The notes beneath the pieces are model-generated. The model searched no databases. It was not told where the DNA came from and saw only the letters and a program-made list of their open reading frames with translations. A program made the position numbers and the translations under genes. DNA of 60,991 nt, filler included. It is 5 parts of 5 records of this genome, joined end to end, with 100 filler letters (N's around TTAATTAATTAA, not from the genome) between each part and the next. Parts side by side here need not be neighbours in the genome. Positions count along the whole stretch, not along the records: positions 15,915 to 40,999 come from SRR31147125_2217; 4 more parts are not named here. One strand, given 5' to 3'. Below, in pieces: positions 20,681-30,744 of the stretch; position 1 is the stretch's first letter; every line of letters starts with the position of its first letter.

Positions 20681-21034
20681 TTAACAAAAAGCATTTTTTA
20701 TATGGTTAATCTTTTTTTCGTGTTTGCATAAAATAATCTCAACAACATCAAACCTAATCTCTTCATTATGCAAATTATGTTCAGTAATATATTGAAGTGC
20801 TGCCTTTTTAATCTTTTCTATCTTTCTATAGTCAACCCACTCACAAGGTCTACCATACAATGTGTTTTTTCTTGTTTTCACTTCTATAAAGGCGTATATC
20901 TTACCGTATGATGAAACAATGTCTATTTCACCGCCTCTTATAAAGTAATTACAATCTAAAATTTTGTACCCTTTTTCAATTAAATATTCTTGTGCAATTT
21001 TTTCGCCAATTTGACCAATTTCATTTGAAGTCAT
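20681..21034 (-). CDS. yraN: YraN family PD-(D/E)XK nuclease
   Basis: GEIDIV...FIEVKTR...RFDVVEI. Confidence 0.9.
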   Translation of the reverse strand: MTSNEIGQIGEKIAQEYLIEKGYKILDCNYFIRGGEIDIVSSYGKIYAFIEVKTRKNTLYGRPCEWVDYRKIEKIKKAALQYITEHNLHNEEIRFDVVEIILCKHEKKINHIKNAFC

Positions 21035-21045
21035 ATAGAACTACC

Positions 21046-21675
21046 TTAAACAATATTCTTTATAAAACTTTTTCTATGAATCTTACAAAAACCCTTTTCT
21101 TTTATTGCACATTGATGCATTTTTGTTCCATATCCTTTATGAGTTGCAAACCCGTAATCTTTATATATTTCATCATACTCTCTCATAATACTGTCTCTCG
21201 TAACTTTCGCAACAATTGAAGCGCAGGCGATTGTGTACGATTTACTATCTCCTTTTTTTATAGGAACATAGCCATCAATATTGAGTCCAGTAATATAATC
21301 GGATAATATTATATCGCATTCATAGTCAATCTGACTATATGCAGATTCAAAAGCAAGCCTTGTTGCATTTAGTATATTGACTTCGTCAATTTTATCATGA
21401 TCAATAATACCAATACCAACAGCCAAAGCTTTTTGCATAATAATCGGATAAATCAGTTCTCTCTTTTTCTCCGATACTTTTTTCGAATCATCAACACCCA
21501 AAATCAAATCGTCATTTGGCATAACAACACAAGCTGCAACAACTGGCCCTGCTAAAGGTCCTCTTCCAGCTTCATCCATGCCCAAAATAGTTTTTCCATC
21601 ATCCCAATATTCCTTGTCTAAAGCACAAATAATATCTAATTTTTGCTGTGGTGTTTTACGCTTGGTCATGGTCAC
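21046..21675 (-). CDS. rnhB: Ribonuclease HII
   Basis: GMDEAGRGPLAGPV, DSKK, ASIVAKVTRD, HKGYGT. Confidence 0.95.
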   Translation of the reverse strand: MTMTKRKTPQQKLDIICALDKEYWDDGKTILGMDEAGRGPLAGPVVAACVVMPNDDLILGVDDSKKVSEKKRELIYPIIMQKALAVGIGIIDHDKIDEVNILNATRLAFESAYSQIDYECDIILSDYITGLNIDGYVPIKKGDSKSYTIACASIVAKVTRDSIMREYDEIYKDYGFATHKGYGTKMHQCAIKEKGFCKIHRKSFIKNIV

Positions 21676-22513
21676 TTATTCTTTCTAAAGAAACCTTTCC
21701 AAGCTTACCTGATTGAAATTCATCAATAATCGTATTGGATGCTCTTTCAAAATCCAAATGTCCGCCTTTCATCAAGAAACCTCTGTTTGTACAGATTTCT
21801 GACAAGACATCATAATCAGTCTTACCTTCTAAAGTCTCAATCTTATATCTTTCTTTTATTCTATTAGGATAATTGTTAATAAAAAAGTTCACTACACCAA
21901 TTGCTAGCTCTTCTGTATTTAAAATATCTTCGTTAATAGATTTTAAAAGTGCAATATTTAGAGCATTTTTTTGGTTTTCTATCTTTGGCCAAAGCAATCC
22001 CGGAGAATCTAAAAGTTCAATGTTTTTATTAAGCTTAAGCCATTGCAAGCCTCTTGTTACACCTGGCTTATTACCCTCTTTTAGTTTTTTGCCGCCAGCT
22101 AAGCGGTTTAAAAGTGCTGATTTTCCTACATTAGGTATACCAACAGCAACGCAACGCAATGTTTTGTTCATACCTTTTGTACGATATTTTTGTATAATTG
22201 GCTGCAACTCATCGTTAATAGCTTTTAATAAAGCTTTAGGATTGTCTCTTATTGCACAAAACTCTAAAGTTGTCATGCCTTGTTTTTTATAATACTCAAT
22301 CCAATCATTTGTTATAGATTTATCAGCAAGATCCGATTTATTTAATAGCAGAATTCTTTTCTTTTGTTTAAACATTTTATCAAAATCAGGGTTCTTAGTA
22401 GATAATGGAGCTCTAGCATCCACTACTTCAATAATTAAGTCTATAATTTTTAGTTTTTCTGTAAGCAGTCTACGGCTTTTTGCCATATGACCTGGATACC
22501 ATTGTATATTCAA
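21656..22513 (-). CDS. rbgA: Ribosome biogenesis GTPase RbgA/YlqF
   Basis: IQWYPGHMAK, GIPNVGKS, PGVTRG, LLDSPG. Confidence 0.95.
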   Translation of the reverse strand: MNIQWYPGHMAKSRRLLTEKLKIIDLIIEVVDARAPLSTKNPDFDKMFKQKKRILLLNKSDLADKSITNDWIEYYKKQGMTTLEFCAIRDNPKALLKAINDELQPIIQKYRTKGMNKTLRCVAVGIPNVGKSALLNRLAGGKKLKEGNKPGVTRGLQWLKLNKNIELLDSPGLLWPKIENQKNALNIALLKSINEDILNTEELAIGVVNFFINNYPNRIKERYKIETLEGKTDYDVLSEICTNRGFLMKGGHLDFERASNTIIDEFQSGKLGKVSLERISDHDQA

Positions 22514-22763
22514 ATTTTTAACTCCTAGATAATCATTAAATACAATATACTATTATACCATATTTTACATACTAATTCTTGACTAAAGGTGCAAAATAAT
22601 ACATCAAGATTTTCCTTTATACAATTAATAATTACGCAGCACTTACTATTTAGGCGTGTCACTTGAAGATAAATTCAAGCGTTTGTAATAAAGTATAAAG
22701 CTCAATATTAAGTAGTATACTGTGCTTTTAGTAAAGGATTAGCATTTGAACATATTATAATAT

Positions 22764-22788
22764 AAAAAAGGGCTTTATAAAAGCCCTT
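22764..22788 (-). terminator. Intrinsic terminator after rplS
   Basis: AAGGGCTTT-ATA-AAAGCCCTT hairpin with a minus-strand U tract. Confidence 0.8.
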
Positions 22789-22793
22789 GTTGA

Positions 22794-23141
22794 TTATTTC
22801 TTTTTCGGCTTAATTCTAGCAGCCTTACCAACTCTGTCTCTTAAGTAATAAAGCTTAGCTCTTCTAACATGACCTTCTCTTACTTTTTCAATGTGGTCAA
22901 TCTTAGGAGAGTTGATTGGGAATGTTCTTTCAACACCTACACCAAATGTAACACGTCTAACTTTAATAGACTTGTTAATTCCGCCTCCAGTAATTGCAAT
23001 AACATATCCTTCAAAACCCTGTAATCTTTCACGAGTTCCCTCAACAACCTTAACGAAAACTTTTACAGTATCACCAACTTTTATTTCAGGCAAATCAGTA
23101 CGGATTTGATCTTCAACAATTGATTTCATAATATCACTCAT
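22794..23141 (-). CDS. rplS: 50S ribosomal protein L19
   Basis: GDTVKV...GVGVERTFP...RRAKLYYLR. Confidence 0.97.
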   Translation of the reverse strand: MSDIMKSIVEDQIRTDLPEIKVGDTVKVFVKVVEGTRERLQGFEGYVIAITGGGINKSIKVRRVTFGVGVERTFPINSPKIDHIEKVREGHVRRAKLYYLRDRVGKAARIKPKKK

Positions 23142-23188
23142 TATATAGGTACTCCTTTCAAGTATTGTTTATAAATTTTTTTGTTACT

Positions 23189-23884
23189 TTATTCTTCATC
23201 CAAATCATTTATTAAATCTGGACGCATTTTAGAAGTTAAATAAGCTGCACTTTGCGTGCGAAACTCCTCAATTTTTTTATGGTTACCAGACAAAAGAACA
23301 TCTGGAACTTTCCTACCTCTAAACTCATTGGGTCTAGTATAGTGTGCACATTCTAAAAGTCCGTTAGAAAACGATTCTTCGTAAACTGAGCTTTCGTTTC
23401 CTAAAACTCCAGGAACAAACCTTATTGTCGCATCGATAAACACCATAGCAGGTATCTCTCCGCCAGTTAATATATAATCTCCGATGGATATTTCCTTATC
23501 GATATATTCGTCAATAACACGCTGGTCTACTCCCTCATAGTGTCCGCAGAGAATATTTATTTCATCATAACCCAAAAAGCCTTTTACAACCTTTTCGCTT
23601 ACTCTCTCACCTTTTGCCGACATATAAACATTGATTCGATTGTTACTATTTGATTTACTAATAACATCATCAAAACAATCAAATATGGGCTGTGGTGCCA
23701 TCACCATTCCTGCACCACCACCAAAAGGGTAATCATCTACCTTTTTGTGTTTATCTTTCGAATAATCTCTAATATTATAAGTATCTATGCTCACAAATCC
23801 ACCATCTATAGCACGCTTTTCTATGCTATGAGATTTAAAACTATCAAAAAAATCCGGAAATATCGTTAAAATATTAATCTTCAT
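23189..23884 (-). CDS. trmD: tRNA (guanine-N1)-methyltransferase
   Basis: VDDYPFGGGAGM, CGHYEGVDQR, SIGDYILTGGE. Start taken at MKINIL. Confidence 0.96.
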   Translation of the reverse strand: MKINILTIFPDFFDSFKSHSIEKRAIDGGFVSIDTYNIRDYSKDKHKKVDDYPFGGGAGMVMAPQPIFDCFDDVISKSNSNNRINVYMSAKGERVSEKVVKGFLGYDEINILCGHYEGVDQRVIDEYIDKEISIGDYILTGGEIPAMVFIDATIRFVPGVLGNESSVYEESFSNGLLECAHYTRPNEFRGRKVPDVLLSGNHKKIEEFRTQSAAYLTSKMRPDLINDLDEE

Positions 23885-24389
23885 AAACCGCAACCTCGGA
23901 TAATTTATCGCTATCTACGGTTAATCTTTTGTTCTCAATATCAATATCCACAATCACATGCTTTAATGCAGGAAACATAAAACCATTTTTTTTCGATTTT
24001 ACTACATACACATCAGCACTGCCGTGTTGTAATACTTCCTTTAATTTTCCAAGTGTTTCTCCATTGCTACTTACAATATCGATTCCGACCAAATCACGAA
24101 TCATATAAACATCAGAAGACAAGCTTTCTATTTCATGCTTATCGGCATAAAACATCATCCCACGAATACTCTCAGCATCGTTTCTTGATAAAACGCCTTC
24201 AATTTTTATAAAAACATTATTGGTATCATATCTAATATTTAAAACCTTAATAGGTAAATATTGACCCGATTCTTTTTTATAAATTGTATCAAAGTCAAAA
24301 TCACTTGACTTGTCACAAAAATGTTGAAGTTTTATCTCGCCTTTAATACCTTGCGGTTTAATAGCTTTCGCAATCTCAATGTACATCAT
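23874..24389 (-). CDS. rimM: 16S rRNA processing protein RimM
   Basis: KPQGIKGE...DVYVV...PA and conserved synteny. Confidence 0.93.
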   Translation of the reverse strand: MMYIEIAKAIKPQGIKGEIKLQHFCDKSSDFDFDTIYKKESGQYLPIKVLNIRYDTNNVFIKIEGVLSRNDAESIRGMMFYADKHEIESLSSDVYMIRDLVGIDIVSSNGETLGKLKEVLQHGSADVYVVKSKKNGFMFPALKHVIVDIDIENKRLTVDSDKLSEVAVYED

Positions 24390-24392
24390 ACT

Positions 24393-24621
24393 TTAAATTA
24401 TCTCTACTAAATACTTTTTTCTTTTCTTTTGACGAAGCAGCTTTAACAACACAGCGAATAGCCTTCGCAATTCTGCCTTGTTTTCCTATAACTTTGCCTT
24501 TATCCTCTTCGCCAACAGTAAGTTCAATAGTGACTGTTTTTTGGTCTTCTTTAACTGCTGTTGAAACTTGTTCTGGATTATCAACCAAAGACTGTGCAAT
24601 ATGTTTTACTAAATTTTCCAT
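24393..24621 (-). CDS. khpA: KH-domain RNA-binding protein KhpA (frameshift in the A run near 24415)
   Basis: GKVIGKQGRIAKAIR. The expected end YLVEII* lies in a shifted frame. Confidence 0.9.
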
Positions 24622-24653
24622 AATATATGCCTCATCTTTCTAATACACTACCA

Positions 24654-24897
24654 TTACTCAGCACTAGCACTGTTTTTCTTGATAAGTGCTCTTACAGTAT
24701 CAGTAGGTTGAGCTCCGTTAGCAATCCAATGCTCTGCTTTTTCACCATCAAGCTTTAAATCTTTAGAAATTGGGTTATAATATCCGATTTCTTCAATACA
24801 TCGTCCATCTCTTGGTGCAGTAGCTTCAGCAACAACTATTCTATAAAATGGTTTCTTTTTTTGCTCCTGCTCTTCTCAGTCTAATTTTAACTGCCAT
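24654..24897 (-). CDS. rpsP: 30S ribosomal protein S16 (1-nt insertion in the homopolymer near 24860)
   Basis: Missing from the ORF track. [14 protein letters not shown] / [27 protein letters not shown]...[14 protein letters not shown]; span is 244 nt. Confidence 0.93.
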
Positions 24898-24950
24898 TTA
24901 CATTCCTCCTCCTATATTTTTCCCCTAAAATTTAGGTTTATATTTACCGA

Positions 24951-26272
24951 CTAAAATGGTAGATTAGGCATCTTGCCAAACTTTCCACCTTTACCGGAAA
25001 ATTGCTTCATCATTTTTTTCATAGAGTTAAATTGGTTCAACAATCTATTCACATCAACAACCTGTGTACCACTACCCGAAGCAATTCTCTTTCTTCTGCT
25101 TCCATTAATAATGGTAGGGTTTGTTCTTTCTTCACGTGTCATAGATTTTATAATAGCCTCAGTTCTTACCATCTGCTTTTCATCTAAATCCCCAGCTTTA
25201 ATTTTGTTCCCTCCAGGAATCATAGCAAGAATCTCTGACATAGAACCCATGTTTTTCATCTGCTCCATTTGAGATAAAAAATCCTCTAAGTCAAAACTGT
25301 TTGTCTTAATTTTCTTCCCTAACTGTTTCGCTTGCTTTTCATCAAAAGATTTCTCAGCTTTTTCAATCAAAGTAAGCATATCACCCATACCAAGTATTCT
25401 GTTAGCTACTCTTTCTGGATGAAAAACTTCTAAGTCATCAAGCTTTTCGCCTATACCTGCATAAAGTATCGGTTTACCCGTAACCTTTTTTACCGAAAGC
25501 GCAGCACCACCACGAGAATCACCATCTACTTTTGTTAAAACAACACCAGATATATCAAGCGCTTCATCAAAGTGCTTTGCTATATTAACAGCATCTTGCC
25601 CTGTCATAGCATCAACCACTAAAAGCTTGTTATCAGGATTAGCGTTCTCATTCAGGTCTTTTAGCTCCTTCATCATTTCATCATCTATATGAAGTCTACC
25701 AGCAGTATCCACTATAACAACATCGACCATTGTTTTTTTAGCCAAACCAATAGCCTCGCTAGCTATATCAACAGGTGAAGTTTTTTCCTTAAAATAGTAT
25801 TCGCTCTTTACCTGCTCAGACAAAATTTGAAGTTGCTTTGCAGCAGCAGGCCTGTATATATCACAAGCAACAAGCATCGTCTTTTTTGATTGATTTATAA
25901 ATTTTTTAGCAAGCTTCCCACAAATGTAGTTTTACCAGCACCTTGCAGTCCAAAAACCAAAATAACAGTTGAACCGTTGGAATTGATTTTTAATTTTTCA
26001 GAGGTTCCGCCTAGTAAATCGACCATCTCTTGATTTACTATTTTTATTACTTGCTGACCAGGTGTTAAACTTTTTAATACCTGCTCTCCCATAGCTTTTT
26101 CCGAAACAGATTTTATAAACTCTTTTACAACTTTAAAGTTGACATCAGCTTCAAGCAAAGCAAGCTTAACTTCTCTCATACCAGCTTTTATATCAGCTTC
26201 ACTAAGTTTTCCTCTACTCTTTAGCCTAGAAAAAACAATATCCAGCTTTTCAGTTAAACCCTCAAACGCCAT
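24951..26272 (-). CDS. ffh: Signal recognition particle protein Ffh (frameshift near 25900)
   Basis: MAFEGL, GLQGAGKTT, DTAGR, TKVDGDSRGG and M domain, split over two ORFs. Confidence 0.95.
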
Positions 26273-26609
26273 CCTTGTCCTCCCACATTAAAATAGCATT
26301 GTCTATTTTATCAATTATATTTTCTTTTTTTCCATTTTGGTCTTTGATATACTTTTTACATTCCTGTAAGGTGCTTATAGTCGTATCAAATTTCTCATAA
26401 AGCTTCAATTCATTCTCTATATTTTCAAGCTTTTTACTGCCTCTTTTTATTAAATCCATAGATGCCTGTCTGGTTATACCAAACTCTTCGGCTATTTCAG
26501 ATAAAGAATAATCTTGATTATAATACAGGTCTAAAAATTTAACTTGTTTTTCTGTTAAAATAAACGAATAAAAATCCAAAAGTATTCCAATTTCTAAATC
26601 CTTAGACAT
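26262..26609 (-). CDS. ylxM: YlxM family HTH protein
   Basis: LLDFY...LTEKQ...DYSLSEIAEE.GITRQA; lies upstream of ffh. Confidence 0.92.
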   Translation of the reverse strand: MSKDLEIGILLDFYSFILTEKQVKFLDLYYNQDYSLSEIAEEFGITRQASMDLIKRGSKKLENIENELKLYEKFDTTISTLQECKKYIKDQNGKKENIIDKIDNAILMWEDKDGV

Positions 26610-26640
26610 CTACATCTCCAAACAAAAGCATCAAAATATG

Positions 26641-26707
26641 TGTAAAGCATTTACCCTTTACACATTATATACTAAACCAAACCAATGTCAAGTGTTTTTT
26701 CTTTACA
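26641..26707 (-). promoter_or_regulatory. ylxM-ffh promoter flanked by two palindromes
   Basis: TTGACA (26686-91), 16 nt, TATAAT (26664-69). TGTAAAG-N8-CTTTACA (26641-62) and TGTCAAG-N8-CTTTACA (26686-707). Confidence 0.8.
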
Positions 26708-26857
26708 CCTTATCGAAGTTATTCTTTGTTTACATTCTATCCTTTTTACTATTTTAACATTTTTCACAGTTGATCATAAATACGAATAGTAAACAATAGA
26801 AAACTATTTTTTTTTAATAAAAAGTCAAAGAATAGTAAACTTTGATTTGGAGGATTA

Positions 26858-27580
26858 ATGATGAAAGAATTAATTGAAAATAAACTGCTGGTAACTCCAA
26901 TCGCAGATAATAAAAACCATACGATAAATGCCAATAAAACGTTTGCAGCGGGAACAGCTACAAGAAAGTGTGCTTGTTGCAACGGATGTAATCAATTAGA
27001 AGTAGAAAACGATTCTGAGTGCGAAGAACCTTGCAACTGTATTATTCCGTTTTGTACAACGCTTAATATACCTATGAATGGTGGGATATTAACAACTAAT
27101 ACGCAAAACAAAAGAGTGTATTTTCTTAGCAACTTATACTATTCTATCGATGACAACCCATGTTCAGCTACTTTATCTCCGCCAGAAGGATGTATTGATT
27201 TGCAAATTGATATATATCCAATAAGAATTTTGGGAAGCGTTGATTATACTGTGTATTGTGAAACCGAAACTTCAACTATTGGAGTAGCAGACGATACAGG
27301 AAGCACGACTGATTATGTTGATCCTGTTAGAGCTAGCGGACTTGTTATGACGCAAGATAAAACTATAAATATAAATCAAGTAATAGGATATGTTACAGAT
27401 GCATCACTTTCACCAGTAGAAAATGGTCAATCTATTGCAACAGGAGAACTAGAAATAGCTTTTACAATAAAAGCTTACGATTGTGAATCATTCAGAGAAT
27501 TAGACGAAGGCGCGCTTATTAGGTGCGTTGGTAACTTCAGACTAAAAAATTGTCCATTGACAAACACCGAATCTGAATAA
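26858..27580 (+). CDS. Cysteine-rich hypothetical protein
   Basis: GGAGG RBS, CACCNGC and ECEEPCNC clusters, followed by a terminator. Confidence 0.7.
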   Translation: MMKELIENKLLVTPIADNKNHTINANKTFAAGTATRKCACCNGCNQLEVENDSECEEPCNCIIPFCTTLNIPMNGGILTTNTQNKRVYFLSNLYYSIDDNPCSATLSPPEGCIDLQIDIYPIRILGSVDYTVYCETETSTIGVADDTGSTTDYVDPVRASGLVMTQDKTININQVIGYVTDASLSPVENGQSIATGELEIAFTIKAYDCESFRELDEGALIRCVGNFRLKNCPLTNTESE

Positions 27581-27584
27581 TTAT

Positions 27585-27614
27585 AAATGGGGCTAAATAT
27601 AATAGCCCCATTTT
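27585..27614. terminator. Bidirectional terminator between convergent genes
   Basis: AAATGGGGCTA-N7-TAGCCCCATTT. Confidence 0.8.
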
Positions 27615-27635
27615 AATTTTATATATTAATTAACG

Positions 27636-28796
27636 TTAAAACATTTTATGCAGTTCAGCAGCTGTTACTTGAAGTTTGCTGTCACGACAATTTTGTTCGG
27701 TAAAACTTAACATCGGATTTTGCTTTTCATCTTTGTTTTTATACACAATAAAAGGAGCAGGTTCAGGTCCGTGGCTTCCATCATCAGAAAAAGTATAATG
27801 ATCCGAAGCTACAACTAATGCATAATCTTGATTAGCAATGCCTTCTAAAAACCCACCTAAAAACACTTCATCAATTGCACTAAGAGCTTGTGCTTTTTCC
27901 TCTGTTTTAAGTTCATGAGAAAGATCATCAGGAGCTTGAATATGCACATAAATAAATTCAGCGTCAGAATTCACAGCTTTAATTGCATTTTCTTTTTTGT
28001 CTTGTAAAAACTTGATAAAACCATCATCCTCAGATGTTACTGTTTTCTTTGCACCCATAAGATTAGAAATACCTTTCATAAGGATTGTTTCGCAAAGAAT
28101 ATGAGTTGCTTTATATTTTTCATCGTATAAATCAGGACAACAAGAAACGCCCCAAAACCAAATGGCATTCGCTTTTGTGTCGTTATCACGTTTTAGCGAT
28201 TCGTACGCACTTTCGATATAATCATAATAGGGTTTAGAAAAATCATCTATATATAAATGGCTAGAAACATTCTGACCAATCATATCATGCGGCGGCATAA
28301 ACTTAAGCTTGCCAAGCAAGTCAGTCTTACCTTCGCATCTTAAAACATTTCTGAAAGATCCAGTATTTAAAAGCTCAAATCCATCTTCAAAAACTTCATC
28401 ATTTAAGCGTTTAGTGAGTGGCATCGATTTTTCTGTCTCAATTTCATGCGCGCCATAGCTTTCTAATACACTATTTTTAAAACTCTCGCCTTCCAACGTT
28501 ACAAAATTACATCTTATATACAGGCTATTTTTATCAATAGGAATCTCAGCACCTGCCGCCTCAATTACCGCCCTACCTTTATATACTTCCGCTGTATTAA
28601 AGCCTAAGAGATTAAGGTTAGCTACAGCACTACCTGTCTCCTCTCCATCTGGTATAGTTTTCACACAACCAGAAGTTGATTTCGAAAACAATCGATCGAG
28701 ATTCTTCATGTCGGCATACTCAAGCGGTGTTTTATCACCAAGTACACTTTGCTTTCTATCAGCCATACCGTCTAAAACTAAAATAATCTTTTTCAT
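27636..28796 (-). CDS. apgM: ApgM-type 2,3-BPG-independent phosphoglycerate mutase family protein
   Basis: LDGMAD, TPLEYA, GSAVANL, PPHD, HIQAPDDLSH and SDH motifs. Confidence 0.85.
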   Translation of the reverse strand: MKKIILVLDGMADRKQSVLGDKTPLEYADMKNLDRLFSKSTSGCVKTIPDGEETGSAVANLNLLGFNTAEVYKGRAVIEAAGAEIPIDKNSLYIRCNFVTLEGESFKNSVLESYGAHEIETEKSMPLTKRLNDEVFEDGFELLNTGSFRNVLRCEGKTDLLGKLKFMPPHDMIGQNVSSHLYIDDFSKPYYDYIESAYESLKRDNDTKANAIWFWGVSCCPDLYDEKYKATHILCETILMKGISNLMGAKKTVTSEDDGFIKFLQDKKENAIKAVNSDAEFIYVHIQAPDDLSHELKTEEKAQALSAIDEVFLGGFLEGIANQDYALVVASDHYTFSDDGSHGPEPAPFIVYKNKDEKQNPMLSFTEQNCRDSKLQVTAAELHKMF

Positions 28797-28874
28797 ATGT
28801 CCGCCTATCTTTTGTCTATTATTAATTATTCTTTTGTCTATCTTTTACAAGTGCATTAAAACTTCTATCATATG

Positions 28875-28967
28875 TGCTCTCAGCCTCTTTCGAAAAAAAC
28901 AGGCAGGAAACTGACCCATAGAGTTATGATACTCAACACATTCGCAGCAATTTCCTCTTCTAGAGCA
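28875..28967 (-). ncRNA. Candidate structured leader upstream of the apgM-like gene
   Basis: Closing stem 28875-80/28962-67; stem 28905-13/28948-56 (G-U pair only on the minus strand); hairpins at 28921-34 and 28883-904. Confidence 0.35.
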
Positions 28968-29033
28968 TGAATACGTACATGGACAAGAATCTTTTTTGTT
29001 ATTACAACCCATCACTAACCTCCAAAAACTATA

Positions 29034-29441
29034 TTAATATCCGTCTACAAAATAATGATATCTTCTTCGCGCATTATCGTAAATACTTTTTGCATTATTA
29101 TAAGCATCATCTGCCAAATCTTTTTGTTCGTTATAATAGTATTTACTAGCCAATAAAAACAGCTCAGCACTTTCGATAAAATCGTCAACTATTTCTTTCG
29201 ATTCATCATCAGCAGTTTCAAAGCTTCCCAAATCATCCATCAATACTGTAATGTTTTTTTGAAAAAAATCAGACCATCTTCCAAACTCTATATCAAAAGC
29301 TATCTCTTCAAATCTACATTCAACATCTAAATCGGTTAAAAAATTATCTAGCTCTACTTGTGGAGTAAGCGCACAGCCCCCAAGAAAAAGGCTAACCACA
29401 ATTAGTATTACTATTTTAATTAAATATCTATTTATTTGCAA
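29034..29441 (-). CDS. Hypothetical lipoprotein
   Basis: Lipobox LGGC after a hydrophobic stretch; overlaps the tadA end. Confidence 0.7.
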   Translation of the reverse strand: MQINRYLIKIVILIVVSLFLGGCALTPQVELDNFLTDLDVECRFEEIAFDIEFGRWSDFFQKNITVLMDDLGSFETADDESKEIVDDFIESAELFLLASKYYYNEQKDLADDAYNNAKSIYDNARRRYHYFVDGY

Positions 29442-29904
29442 GCCCCTTTTCCTTTCTCTTTTTTCTAAAATAATCAGAAATCAGATGCGAACATTCTTCA
29501 CGCATTATTCCAGAAACTATGGTCAAGGTATGGTTTAAAACACCATTATTAAGGTTAAGCACAGAACCACACGCTCCTGCTTTTAAATCATACGCACCAA
29601 AAACTAATCTATTGAATCTCGCAGAAATTATCGCTCCAATACACATTGTACAAGGTTCTAATGTAACATATATATCACAATCAGATAATCTCCATCTTTT
29701 AAGCTTTTTACATGCTTTTTTTATAGCAACAATTTCAGCATGCATTGTGGCATCTTTTTTACGTTCTTTTATATTATAAGCTTTGGCAATTATCTTTCCG
29801 TTTTTTACAATAACGCATCCAACAGGAACTTCATCTTTCCTATAAGCTTTTTCAGCTTGAAAATAAGCCATCTGCATAAATTTATTATCATCTGTATGTT
29901 TCAT
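29428..29904 (-). CDS. tadA: tRNA adenosine(34) deaminase
   Basis: EVPVG, HAE, TLEPCTMC. Confidence 0.95.
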   Translation of the reverse strand: MKHTDDNKFMQMAYFQAEKAYRKDEVPVGCVIVKNGKIIAKAYNIKERKKDATMHAEIVAIKKACKKLKRWRLSDCDIYVTLEPCTMCIGAIISARFNRLVFGAYDLKAGACGSVLNLNNGVLNHTLTIVSGIMREECSHLISDYFRKKRKEKGLANK

Positions 29905-30021
29905 AGCTACATTATAGATTATAATAAATTTATATTCAAATATTATTAATTAACTTTGAAAAAATCAGAATTTTGGCAAAATAAAAACCGCCTACATTTC
30001 TGTAAGCGGTCATTTACATCG

Positions 30022-30276
30022 TTATGATGGGTAAACACTAACTTGTTTTTTGCTTCTGTTTTTGTATTCGAACTTTACTTTACCACTAACTAGAGCAAAT
30101 AAAGTGTCGTCTTTACCTTTACCAACGTTTACGCCAGGATGAATCTTAGTTCCTCTTTGACGAATAAGAATATTACCAGCTAAAACTTGTTGTCCATCGC
30201 TTCTTTTAACACCTAGACGTTTGGATTCGCTATCACGACCATTACGTGTGCTTCCCATACCCTTCTTATGTGCCAT
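30022..30276 (-). CDS. rpmA: 50S ribosomal protein L27 (short form)
   Basis: [16 protein letters not shown]...RQRGT. Confidence 0.97.
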   Translation of the reverse strand: MAHKKGMGSTRNGRDSESKRLGVKRSDGQQVLAGNILIRQRGTKIHPGVNVGKGKDDTLFALVSGKVKFEYKNRSKKQVSVYPS

Positions 30277-30304
30277 TAGACTTCACCTCTTTCCTTAATT
30301 AGAA

Positions 30305-30622
30305 TTACTTTTCTGGTTTACTTATACCAGTTATTTCAATTTCAGTATATGGTTGCCTGTGTCCTTGCTTTTTACGATAACCAATTTTTGGCTTATACTT
30401 AAAAACAATAACTTTTTTAGACTTTCCATCTTCAATAACTTTAGCTTCTACTTTATAACCTTTTACAGTCGGTTTCCCAACAGAAATTCTTTTTCCGTTC
30501 GCTACTAATAGTGCATCAAAAGATACAACATCGCCAGGATTAGCGTCCAATTTTTCAACTCTAATCTTTTGACCAGCTTCTACTTTATACTGTTTAGCTC
30601 CAGTTTCAATAATTGCATACAT
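30305..30622 (-). CDS. rplU: 50S ribosomal protein L21
   Basis: MYAIIETGAKQYKV...GHRQPYT; GGAGG RBS before the ATG at 30622. Confidence 0.97.
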   Translation of the reverse strand: MYAIIETGAKQYKVEAGQKIRVEKLDANPGDVVSFDALLVANGKRISVGKPTVKGYKVEAKVIEDGKSKKVIVFKYKPKIGYRKKQGHRQPYTEIEITGISKPEK

Positions 30623-30639
30623 ATAAACATACCTCCTCA

Positions 30640-30715
30640 ACCCAGTCTCGCCAGAATAGGTGACATTCCTATAAAAACAGAAGTCTTATCAAACCTATTT
30701 TTGAGCGGCTCGACA
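30640..30715 (-). ncRNA. L21 leader (ribosomal protein leader RNA)
   Basis: Minus strand GCCGC..AATAGGT...ACCTATT.TGGCGAGAC directly upstream of the rplU RBS, matching the Firmicutes L21 leader pattern as recalled. Confidence 0.7.
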
Positions 30716-30744
30716 AGCATTGTATCACATCAGGCTATACCATG

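Noticed and set aside
24654-26272. Programmed frameshifting or pseudogenisation of rpsP and ffh
   Set aside because: The same indel pattern affects many unrelated genes in three contigs, so sequencing error is far more likely.
28860-28970. SRP RNA or tRNA downstream of tadA
   Set aside because: No CAGG-N-GGAA-N-AGCAG core and no cloverleaf; kept only as an unassigned structure.
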